From positions 264,333-328,332 of the forward strand of contig NW_005434603.1 of assembly GCF_000315625.1 (NCBI RefSeq): a DNA stretch of 64,000 nucleotides, read 5' to 3'. The stretch comes from Guillardia theta CCMP2712. Its lineage: Eukaryota > Protista > Cryptophyta. A program made the position numbers and the translations under genes. Of this stretch, positions 47,421-64,000 are shown piece by piece (position 1 is the first letter of the stretch; each line of letters begins with the position of its first letter). The notes below the pieces were generated by a model. The model had not been told where the DNA came from, made no database searches, and saw only the letters and a program-made list of their open reading frames with translations.

Positions 47421-47752
47421 TCGGCCTCAAGTATGCAACCCCGCCGCCGCTTTTCCCCTACCTCCAGGCCTTCATTTCGGCGCACCTTTACATGTTACTG
47501 TAAAAGTTAAAATGAAATAAAAAAAAACATTTTTCAGACAAACAGCATGGCACGCGGGGTGGGCAGCAATGTTGACGGACCAAGGAAATGAGAAGAGTAG
47601 CGCTAAGGGAGAGAGGAGAGGAGGTCAACAGAGGAAAGAGAAGAGTCAAGGGCAGGACAAGGCAGGACAAGGTTGTGTTGGTTGTGAGGAGCGATAGTTG
47701 AGAGCGAGGAGAAAGCGAGAGGGAGTGAGAGAGAGAGGGAGAAGGGGGCGTT

Positions 47753-48558
47753 ATGGCTTCTCTCAAGACGCTGTGTGCACGAGCATGCCCAGCCTCAGGC
47801 AGGAAGCTGAGATGGGCTCCGGCAAGCTTTCGTGCTTTCTCTGAAGGGCAGAAATCAGAACCAACAACGGACACCGGGTTTGTCAGGCGTGCTTCGGAGG
47901 TGTAGATGGGGGTAATGCTGCTGCAGGTCACAGAAACTCCGGGAGCGGTTGAGAGCATGGTATGATGTCAAAGTCTTGAAGGTGAAGGCCTTCCTCGAAG
48001 ACCAAGGGTTCAACGTCCCCCCCAACGATTGCCTCCCTGATCCCCCCTAGTAAGTCGCTGGGCCATGTTTGACCAACGTCTGAATTGGAGGCAGCTACGA
48101 GAAGTTGGCGTTCTGGAGGAAGAAACGCACGTACGCGGAGCACAAGGAGTTGTGGATGAAAGCCTGGCAGTTGTACAAGGACAGTTGGACTTCTCTCTAC
48201 GACAAGAAGCCCTTGGGACCGCAGAAATCGGACGAGGAGAAACGGGCCGAGATGAAGGAGATGGTCGACGAAGTGCGGGGGTTGGTGAAGTTTCCCAGCA
48301 CGGAACAGATGGCCAAGAACCTCAAGGGGAACATTGAGGATCTCGAGGAGGCCACGGGGATCAAAAGGAAGGAGGTCATCCCGAAAGCGAAGTCGGTGAG
48401 GGCTGGGAAGGAGGAGGGGAGTTGGGAGTTTGATGACATTTTGTTGTTCTAGTTTGCAAAGGAGAGCCTGATATTGATGAGGGATTGTGTATCTTCATTC
48501 CTGGAAGGGTTCCGTACCGAGCTGCAGAATTATGATGCCGAGGTGCAACAGCGGCAAG

Positions 48559-48609
<51 letters not shown>

Positions 48610-48628
48610 CGCCTCAGCAGCAGGCGCC

Positions 48629-48660
<32 letters not shown>

Positions 48661-49145
48661 CGCAGCAGCAGCAGCAGCAGCAGCAGCAGGCGCCACAGCA
48701 GCAGCAGCAGCAGCAGCATGTCGAAGTAAACCACCAGCAGCAGCAGGTCCATCAGCCACAACAGCAGGATCAGGTGCAGCAGCAGCCACAGGCGCCACAG
48801 CAGCAGCAGCAGCACATCGAGGTAAAGCAGCAGCAGCAGCAGGATCAGCAGCAGCAGGTCCATCAGTCGCATCAGCAACAACAACATCAGCACGTGCATC
48901 AGTCACAACAGCAGGATCAGACACAGCAGCAGCCACAGGCGCCACAGCAGCAGCAGCACATCGAGGTAAAACAGCAGCAGGAGCAGCAACAGGATCAGCA
49001 GCAGCAGGTCCATCAGTCGCATCAGCAGGATCAGGTGCAGCAGCAGCCACAAACGCAGCAGCAGCAGCACATCGAGGTAAAACAGCAGCAGCAGCAGGAC
49101 AGACAGCAAGTTGGCTCCGGAGCAGCAGCACCACCACCATCATGA
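47753..49145 (+). CDS. Hypothetical protein with mitochondrial-presequence-like N-terminus and about 200-aa polyQ-rich C-terminus
   Basis: MASLKTLCARACPASGRKLRWAPASFRAFSEG; exon 48105-48394 (KAWQLYKDSW); last exon LMRDCVSSFLEGFRTEL followed by Q-rich repeats to TGA 49145. Confidence 0.6.
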
Positions 49146-49154
49146 GCTCTTGGG

Positions 49155-50192
49155 TCAGGTCGGGCAAGAAGCAACGGGTTGTCTCCTCCTCCTCGTTTCC
49201 GAGGCTGCACGTTCGCTCGAGAACTTGTTCTTGATATTTACAACCAGCACACTGAATATTTTCTCCTGCTCCTCCAAACTCTGTAGCCCTCCCCTCCCCC
49301 TCCCATGCACTCCCTGTCTGCTCTTGCCAACTGCACCGGCCCAGCTCTACTTGTTCGTAGCCATAGTCAGACTCTCTGCATTTCTCAGGAATCCCTGTAC
49401 CTTCCTCCTCCTCTCCTCCTCCCCCTCTATCCCTCCTTCCTCTATCCTCTCCCTTCCCTCTCCTCCCTCCCGTCCTTCACGTCTCCCGCCGACGTCTACG
49501 GGAAGTTTGGGGTGTGAGCGGCAGGGTAAAAGTTTCCGCTCGCTGTAGGCCGGAGAGATTTCGAAGCTGGGGGACGAGTAAGAACGTCACTGTGAAGTGA
49601 GCGGCTGAAGGGGAGGAGGGGAGGAGGGCAAGTCATATAAGCGACGAAGAGAAGACAAACCTGTAAGATTTCTCGCGAGAGCTCCAGGTTGCTGGTTCGC
49701 AGCATCTTGTTCTCAAGGAAAATTTTGTTGGTCAACCTCTCAATCCTGAGTTGTGCTTCCGTGTACAAGGATAAGTCCTCACTTTGAATTTTCAAGTCAC
49801 AAGCAGGAGGTCAGGCAGAGAAAGGAGGAGGCAGGCAGGGAGGCAGGCAGTCAAGTTAGCAAGGAGAATGGAGGGAGGCAGGCAGGCAGGAGAGGGAGGC
49901 AGGGATGGAGGGAGAGATGGAGGGAGGGAGGGAGGCAGGCAGGCAGGAGAGGGAGGCAGGGAGGGAGGGAGGGAGGGAGAGATGGAGGGAGGGAGGGAGG
50001 GAGGAGATGAAGATTCCCCACTTGACTTGCAAAGCTGCAGTCTCGCTCTGCATAAGAAGCCTTCGCAGATCCTTAAGCTCCATGTCCTGACAGATGTCAT
50101 AAAGTGAAGAGTTGAAGTAAGGGGGGACGCTGTTATCACCTTTGATTCCAGAGCTAGCTGTGAATTCTTTGAGATGTTCTCAACCTTGACGG

Positions 50193-50241
<49 letters not shown>

Positions 50242-52798
50242 TAGGAGCAGGAGCAGGAGTAGGAAGGTTGTCAGCGTGAAGACAATGACGGCAGACCAGA
50301 ACCTTCTGATGAATGTTGACAATCCTCGCGTCGATCTCGTGGAGACATTCATCGGAGATGTTGAGAGAGTCGCTGATTGAGCTGACCTGCCATGGCGTCT
50401 CAGGGTGGAAGCCGAGGAGGCGGAGGGCAAGAGAGACCGAGGAGGTAACAAGCTGCTTGTTCTCCTCCATTTCTTCCGCCAGGAGGCTAACCTCTGTCCC
50501 CATCTCGTAGACCTCTCGCTGCAGCTGAGGGAGAATTTCCCTTAGAAGCTGCAGCCTCTGCTCCTGCTCGTCGACCTGGGGGGGAGGAATGATTACAGCC
50601 TGATCACGAGACCAACTCCTTCGTCATGTTTCTGTTTCCCAGATCCCACCGTCCTCCATCGTTCTCCTTCTTCTCTTGTTCCCCATCTTTCCATTCTCAC
50701 CTTTCTCCTCTCCTCCTATCTCTCCATTCTCATTCCCTTCCTCCTTCCTCCTTCTTTCTCCCCCTGCACACCTTCGCTCGGAGCTCGTTGGAGTACAGCA
50801 GGCGACCTTGAAGCCTCCGCACAAACCGACCGAACTGACGGAGGTCAAGCGGTCTCAGTCATCCGGCATGCAGCGCAGGCCAACCCCTCACCCCGTCGAT
50901 GAGGAGGGACGACGAGGAGGTCTGCTGCGGAGACTGACTGTCCTCCTCTTCGCTCCAGCTGGAGGTTTACAGGCAGGTCACCTCCTCTTCTGAGAGCAAC
51001 CACATGGCCGCAAACAACCTGTCAAGCCTTCCCAGCCGGCCCGGCGACCTCTCACACCTCGACTGCCAGTCCTGCAAGCAGCGGACCTCCGCTTCGTCCG
51101 CCCCACCTCCGTTCCAGCCCGCTGGCAGCTGGTCAAACTCCTGGAAGAACTCCTCGATCACCTTGAACAACCCGATCAGTTGACGAGTCGCTCAGCATGG
51201 CAGGAGAAGCTTCACATCGAAGTCAGTCGACCTTCGTAGCAGCTCGTGATTCACGGCTCGCAAAAACTTCCTCTCCTGCATACCAACGTGCTCACCCCTT
51301 CGCTGCCCTCGACCGTCCAAGAATGTTCCCGCACCTTGTTGGAAGTCTCGAGCTGGGCTAGCAGCCTGTCCGCCTCTGCCTTCCTCTCTTGCACCTGACG
51401 CTCCCACTCCACCCTCATGCTGGTCACCTCAGCCTCCAGTTGTCGAACGACATCCGCCGACTGCAAGCTGGTTCTCAGCATGTCAGAACATCGCGATCGA
51501 GTCAAAGCACTGCCTACATGTAGCCCTGCATGTTTGACTTCTCTCTCATGACATCATTGGCTCGTTCCTTGTCACTCCCTCGCTTCTCCTCCTGTTTCGT
51601 TCGTCTCAGCATTGCTACCTAACGCAGGGAGAGCCGAATGGTTCAAACCAGCAGGATAAGACTCTGTTGAAGATCTTGTAACTCTCTCTCAAGGCACGCG
51701 GAGAGGTCAGAATGAGTCAGACTGGTTGCGACTTTTTCAAAACAGTCCTTGTAGACTTCCATGCGTTGAGCTTGCTGAGACAGTCTCCTCTCCAGCACCT
51801 CTTGGACCTTGTGACTATGAGAAAGGACGGAGACGTGATGATGAAGGTTGACTTGAAACCGGCTGATCATCGCTGCTTGGCTCCTCCTCTCCTCTTCCCT
51901 CTTGCTCCAAGTCTCCTCCATTCTTACCATGAGGTCGTTCACCACCTGGACTGCCTCTGCAGCTTTGACAATCTCCTCTTCCAGGTCTTCCAACATCGAC
52001 TCGTATGATGCAACCCGGTGTGTCAACCCGGTCACCCTCACTCGCAGCATGTCGTTCTCTTGCAGGCTTGCGTTGAGCCTCTCCTGCAGGTCCTGCAGGA
52101 GGCTGCTGTTGTCCGGCAAAGCTCTGAGGTATGATACCGCTGCCAGCACTTCCTCTTTGACGTCATGGACTCTGTCGCACTCATGGACGATGGACGACTG
52201 GATGTAAGTGAGGTGCCGTTGGTGGTCGAAGGCCTCCTTCTTGTTCGTTCTCCTCAGGCGATGAAGCTCTTGCTCTGCCTCTAACAATCGATGGCTCAAT
52301 GCTTCTCCATGTTCAACCCCAGCTCGGAGGCCGAACAGCAACAGGCAGGAATCTTTCTCGGCCTCCTCTATCAGCGACTTCATAGCCTTGAGGGGCTCGA
52401 TGTAGTTTGCCGATCTCAAGGTCCTGACAGTGCTCTGAAGCTGACCCAGCTCTTGTCTTAGCGTGCGGATCTCTTCCTGCCTTGCTACTTCGTAATCTGA
52501 CACGAGCTTACAACAATCCGAGAATTCGGTGATCGCTTGCTTGAGCTGATGGACGTCAGCCACTCTCACAGTCTGAAGCTCCATAGTCTAACATACATGT
52601 CTCAGTATGTCATCTTCTATGTCATGAGCGTCAACTTACCTCCTGACATCTCGCGCTCTCCGCAGTGTCTACACTGGTGCCTGGAGGCGATGCAGCTCGA
52701 CTATCCACCCCTTCATCTCCTCCCTGCTCTGAGTCTCGTCTCCCGACAGCTTCGTAGGTGTCGCTCTGAGAGCTCTTGCTCTTCTTCTTCTTCGCCAT
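49155..52798 (-). CDS. Multi-exon coiled-coil protein of unknown function
   Basis: 313-aa heptad-rich ORF 51643-52584 plus further - strand exons; last exon SLEEQEKIFSVLVVNIKNKF..PVASCPT* (stop 49155-49157). The start is uncertain. Confidence 0.6.
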
Positions 52799-53192
52799 CT
52801 CCTTCAGCTTCCGGATCCTCAGGCTTCGCGCGCACGCATGAGGCTGTCAAACTTGAAGTCTTTTTTTTTACGGTGGATTTTTTTTAATTTGACAAGCTCA
52901 CCGTACACAGTACGGTCAGTCACTGAAGCCTCAGTCAGGAGGCCTCCCGGGGCCGGGGAGACCGTCGAAGTGCGAGGCTCCCGGTGTTTCAAGGGGGCCA
53001 TGTAGCGTGTGGGACGAAGAGGGGGCTTTCCTAGCCGTCTTGCTAAGGCCCCCTCATGTCTGGATGCTTGGGTTTCACATCCTAGCATCGTAACAGTCTA
53101 CCTCTCATGTGCTCCTCAATTCTGGTTTTCGTGTGCATTAAACTCGGTCTTGAGCAAAAATAGCACAAGTCTAACAAACTTGTGCTCCGTCA

Positions 53193-53225
53193 CCGGCCCA
53201 GGATCTTTACGGTCAGCTCAAGGCC
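53193..53225 (+). repeat. Dispersed motif B, copy 2 (ccggcccaggatctttacggtcagctcaaggcc)
   Basis: Matches 15825-15855 with 1 substitution and 2 single-base insertions. Confidence 0.8.
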
Positions 53226-53340
53226 GGGGCAGACGGTCGGCCAGGCCGTGCGGCAAGTCCGACGGTCACTGAGGCGGTGCCGGTTCTTGGCCCGGAGTCA
53301 CATCCCCGCTCTGCCCATCACTCTGCCCGACTGGGGAACT

Positions 53341-59510
<6,170 letters not shown>

Positions 59511-59691
59511 ACGGGCAAGGATGATAAGACATGGTCGGTGCTGCAGAGGTCAAGGCGATGAGGGGAAGACGGATCTTGTCAAAAGAAACTCAAATAATGT
59601 TCTCAACAAACTTCATGGAAATGTTCCATCCTTGTTAACCCACCGTGCTTGACCTTTCCCATCCTCCTCCCCTCATTCCCATACTTGCTAT

Positions 59692-60018
59692 CTACTTGGG
59701 GACAGTCCATGGGGTCTCAAGGTAGACGTACGCCACCTTGTAGTCCGGGCGCTTGTAGAAACCGTTCTTGTGTTTGTACCTGATTAGCCTGCCCTCGTAG
59801 TTGGCTGTGTGAACCTTCTTGACAGGGGTGTCGTATCCTGCCTCTACCCAGTCCTTGATCTCAAACTTGTGCATGGAAGGGGGGACGCGGAGCTTGACCA
59901 TATCGAGCACGTCGGACGATTGCTGGTTGGGCATGAAGTACATGATTCTGTTGGGAAAGTAAATCTTCTTGCGCATCCTTTGCGCTGCCTTGGTCACGCT
60001 CTCAACAACCTTGGACAT
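59692..60018 (-). CDS. MRPL23: Mitochondrial ribosomal protein uL23m
   Basis: KIYFPN, LRVPPSMHKFEIKDWVEAGYDTPVKKVHTANYEGR, KRPDYKVAYVYL. Confidence 0.88.
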   Translation of the reverse strand: MSKVVESVTKAAQRMRKKIYFPNRIMYFMPNQQSSDVLDMVKLRVPPSMHKFEIKDWVEAGYDTPVKKVHTANYEGRLIRYKHKNGFYKRPDYKVAYVYLETPWTVPK

Positions 60019-61319
60019 CTGCACATGTGTCAACACATCGCTCCCAAACGATGAAAAGCTTCAATCCACATCTTGAGCGCGAACTTGAGTACAACACAGC
60101 AAAAGCAAACTTGAAGGTTGCCCTCAGAGGGTCATACCAGTAAAGCGTGCTTTGAAAGGATAAGAATGGAGAAAAATAGGTGAAGCCATAATCAAGAGGA
60201 AACTGGTAGTGTTGGTTATGCTGGTTTCACTGTAGGGTGTGTCCTCTCTGGCAAATTTCTCTACTACAGTGCTGAGCCAGTTTATCGACTCTGTGATGTT
60301 CTCGAATCAAAATCATGTCACATTGGCCCCTTCCTTTGTATTCACTTCCCGCATCGTTCCCTTATTTCGTACTCCCGTCCATCTCTGCCCTCCCTCCTTC
60401 TCCTTCCTTCCTCTCAGAATCCGCCGCATGCAGCCGACGAGCTCAACTTTGACCCTCATCCCCACTCCATCCCCTCACTGTGGGCGGGGCGGGCCCGGCG
60501 CTGGGCCCGGCCGGGCGCCGCCGTGATGGGCCGCCCGGCTGCCGCAGTGCGCCCCGGCCGGCTGCGCACTGCAGCGTGAGTATGACATCGACGGGGCTAC
60601 GGTGATTCAACTCGAGTCACTGCGGGGGCCCGGAGCCGCTACGGTGATACTAACCGTTAGTGACCGCCGCCGAATGTTCGCCGGACTCGGGGACTCCCCG
60701 GAAGCTTCGGATCGACCTAGTAATCGGCGCCGCCCGGCCGTCCGATCACGGGGGGTCCGATCGGCCTGCCCCGCCCCGCGACCGACCGTGATCGGACTGG
60801 GCCCCCGGGCCACCCGGGCCCACGGTCACTGATCTGATCACTGTCTCTGGCCGCGAGAGACTCGGGCCGTGCTCGCCGGACTCGATCTGACTCCGGCGAC
60901 GGACTCAGGCCCTCAGGGCCGCGACCCCGCGACTCGGACCAGTCAGCCAGTCACGGAATGGAATCATTGTGACCGCTTGCTGCTGCTGCTCTTCTCCTCT
61001 CGCTCACCTGCGACAGACTGTGGATGATGTCATGACTCAGTGAGCCGCGCTGGCCGCCGCCTGGCTGGGCCGCACGCAGTGCAGAGGTGACTGCCGCATC
61101 ATTATATCAGTCCCTCCAAGGTTCAGGCCGCCGGGCCCCATGTATCTACCGTCCTTTCCTTCCTCCGTCCATGCAGCAGCTACATGTCAGTTGTCATCTC
61201 CTGACCTCGAGCTTCTCACAAAGCTCAAGAGAAACAATCGACAACAGCTACCGCAACCTTCATTTACAACAAGCATGACTATTTACACATGATGACATGC
61301 GCCCGTTGGAAGCCGAACT

Positions 61320-61960
61320 TCACTCCTCTGCTCCCATCTCCTCTCTCAGTCGCTCCAATTGTTCAGATGAGCACGTCACCTCCAAGCTACGAGAACAAGG
61401 TGAGCACCGCGGTCAACCAGCAAGCGAGCATACAACATACCTCAATGTACAGCTCGGGCAAGGCGCGACTCTCTTGCCTTGTAGCAGCTCGCTGACTTCT
61501 ATGCGAAACATATCTCCGCAGGGACAGGGATAAAGAAACACCTTGCACAGAGATCATCAGACGAGGAGAGCGATAAATCGCCGCACACCGATTCCACTTC
61601 GTCGAATTCCATATCATCGAGGTCCACTGTATCATAGAAGCATTCCCTTTCCTCGTATTCCAGGTTATTGGTTGGAGTTTCTATAGCTTGATCGTGCAAG
61701 ACGCCTTGATCTATGTTCCCTGTAACAGCGGCATCATCTTCATTTCTCGCAAATAATATGCTGTCTTTACCATCGACTACCGCCGACCCCCCTCTCAAGC
61801 GCAAACTGTGAAAGGAACTCCTTGCCCATGATGCATGGTCGAGCCGTTCGAGCACAGAGCCATCCCCCCATGTCGAACGTGCAGACCCCAACAGGTTTGA
61901 GGAGACGAACACAGGCGACAAGGCCATGCATGTCGCTGCCAGCGCAACGACGTTAACCAT
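61320..61960 (-). CDS. DPH3: Dph3/Kti11-type CSL zinc-finger protein with N-terminal signal-like leader
   Basis: Spliced reading FYDTVDLDDMEFDEVES|VFLYPCPCGDMFRIEVSELLQGKRVAPCPSCTL|SLEVTC..EE* using two short GT-AG introns; not visible in the ORF track. Confidence 0.85.
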
Positions 61961-62537
61961 CTGCCATGCTCGCATGCAGGGGAACCAAGTAGAGGTGCGA
62001 GCCCTTTGGAAACAGGGGTGGGGTGCCCTTGTCTGCCTTGTCAGTACCCGGTCCTTTTCCAGAAGAATTCGGATTTTAAGGGGTAGAGGGTACAGGCAAG
62101 GGTACAGGGGTGGATGATGGGTAATGTGGGGATGTGGGCTGCTGTGCCCAGGCAGTCGGGGAAGAAAAACTTTGTCGGGGAGAAATGCGACGGGAAGGAG
62201 ATGAGGAGAGGAGAAGGAGAGAGAGACGTGAGGGAAGGAAGGGGGGGATGAGAGAGAGAGAGAGAGACAGGAGAGGTTGTTGCAAGAACAGTCAGAGTTC
62301 AAAAACTATGCTGTGTTCATAAAGGTGTACAAAGATGAGTATGGGCACACCAGTCAGGAGGCTATGAATCTGTTGAGAAGGTGAAACAAGATCTGATTAG
62401 CTCGCAGCGATATCAGCAGCAGCCATGCCCCCCATCAATTCATAACGCCATTATCCCAATGCAAATCATCGCTGTGAATAGTTTAGCCCCTTTGCTGACT
62501 GACTGTTTTCAATCCCTGATTGTTATCTGTTCTCAAG

Positions 62538-64000
62538 GTCCTTCAAGATAGTGCGGATCCTGACCCTGGCGTTGTTCTGCCTGGCGCTATCACTTTGCGT
62601 TCCTGCATTCGCAGGGCGTGGCGATACTGTCAGGATGCCGCGGTCGAAGCCCTTCAGCGGGAAAGCGAGGAAGGAGCAGATGAAGAATAAGAAAGCATCG
62701 AAACAGCAACAAAATTCAGACTCATTCGATTATCTCAGCCACAATATCCGGAGGAATCAGACCAACCAGGTTCTTGTCCCGCCAGAGTTCTGCGTTGTTG
62801 ATGTGAGAAGCAGGGAAGGAGATCGATGCCGACTGTGCCCGGGATGAACAAGCTCACCACAGTACTGACACGTCACTCGCTCCCTCTTGTGCCGGCAGCG
62901 ACACTTGCGCAGGTGTTCGAGCGGGAGCCGGACGATGAAGTTATGAAGAGGAAGATTGATTCCACCAGGCGCATCGACAGTGAGCCATTGTCTTGTTGAT
63001 ATGCTGACTGGGGTCGTGCGATCAGGGTTCTCACCCTCCTGTCCTCAGGATCCCCGACGAAGGTGGAGGAAGCAGAAGAAGCTTGGGGTCGCATCCATCC
63101 TCTCCCGCTGCCGTACCCGATCCCGGTGGAAGGACAAGACTTCCCGGTGAGGACCCAGATGGTTCGAAACGCCGAAGGATGACATGGCTGTTCTTTGAGA
63201 TCATTGGCATCCCTGTGCGACCTCCTTGGGACAAGTTCATGAGTCACGATCAGGTTCCTCTTGCCGGTTGTGTGCTGGATCGACTCAAGTCTTGCAGCTG
63301 GACAAGCAAGAGGAGAGTTCGTTCGTAGAGTGGATGAAGTCTATCTATGAGAAGTACTCTCGGGCAGACCTCAACTTCTTCGAGCACAACTTGGAGGTTG
63401 TCATGTGAAGGGAGAGATGGAGGAAGGATACTGAGGGAGGGAGGAAGTGAGGAGGAGAGGTTGAGAGGTCCAGGCTTGAGGGGAAGCAGCAGGCCAGGTT
63501 AGGAGGATGTAGCAGCAGTGTTGACAGCATGCGCAGGTGTGGAGGCAGATATGGCGATCCGTTGAGAAGGCAGACATAGCAATCCTGCTGCTGGACGCGC
63601 GCATCCCACTGTAATAGCATGCGCCTCCTCCGACGCTGCCTGACGTCGGATGCGGGAAAGGTTCCACCTGAGCGAGGGATACCTCCACTACATCCGCCAT
63701 GTGGAGAAGAAGGATGTTGTGATCTGCATCAACAAGTGTGATCTTATTCATCCTTACGTCGTGCAATCTTGGTTGGTCTTCCTTGAGCGCAAGTTCCCCG
63801 ACATTCCCATTGTTCCCTTCTACGTGCCCAAGTCGACATCCGGCAAGGTTGCGCAGCCATGGTGAGTCGATGACGGTAGAGAGGGGGAGGGAGGGAGGGA
63901 GGGGAGGGGAGGGAAAGGGAGGGAGGGAGGGAGGGAGGGAAGGGAGGGGAGGGGAGGGGAGGGGAGGGGAGGGGAGGGGAGGGGAGGGGAGGGAGGGGGA
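62538..64000 (+). CDS. GNL1: GNL1/Lsg1-family circularly permuted GTPase, 5' part (runs off window)
   Basis: MPRSKPFSGKARKEQMK (ATG 62635), IPVRPPWD, NFFEHNLE|VWRQIWRSVEKADIAILLLDARIP, VVICINKCDL (G4 motif before G1). Confidence 0.85.

Noticed and set aside
48376-49167. 263-aa Ala-rich ORF on the - strand
   Set aside because: Antisense shadow of the CAG/polyQ exon.
61368-61470. Weak ferritin-like peptide (AVNQQASIQHTSMY) on the + strand
   Set aside because: The region is fully explained by the spliced DPH3 gene on the - strand; no ferroxidase residues follow.

Overview
Eukaryotic nuclear DNA, gene-dense, with many short GT-AG introns often filled with microsatellites, and two 100-N scaffold gaps. 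A nucleus-encoded plastid ribosomal protein S1 with a bipartite signal plus 'AEA|F' leader, an LRLRGG-containing leader and the intron style point to an alga with a red-derived complex plastid, most likely a cryptophyte (Guillardia/Hanusia-like; inference). Recognisable genes are plastid RPS1, an FMN-dependent L-lactate dehydrogenase/alpha-hydroxyacid oxidase, a THNSL2-like threonine synthase, glucose-6-phosphate 1-epimerase, a CDPK-like kinase, a Cfd1/NUBP2-like ATPase, kinesin-6, a VOC/glyoxalase protein, an ankyrin+MORN protein, mitochondrial uL23, a Dph3/Kti11 zinc finger and a GNL1-like GTPase. Several coiled-coil or unknown genes are also present. Most notable: (1) an intronless 896-aa RRM-OB-HEPN(DZIP3-like)-kinase-EF-hand-PH-like gene, a candidate RNA-sensing or immune signalling protein; (2) a head-to-head Dph3/GNL1 pair, both with signal-peptide-like leaders, as candidate periplastid/nucleomorph translation factors; (3) two short, nearly invariant dispersed DNA motifs (39 bp x3; about 32 bp x2) confined to GC-rich islands at gene 5' ends; (4) splice-acceptor-like sequences directly before several start codons. 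Exon structures were read by eye, so multi-exon boundaries are approximate.
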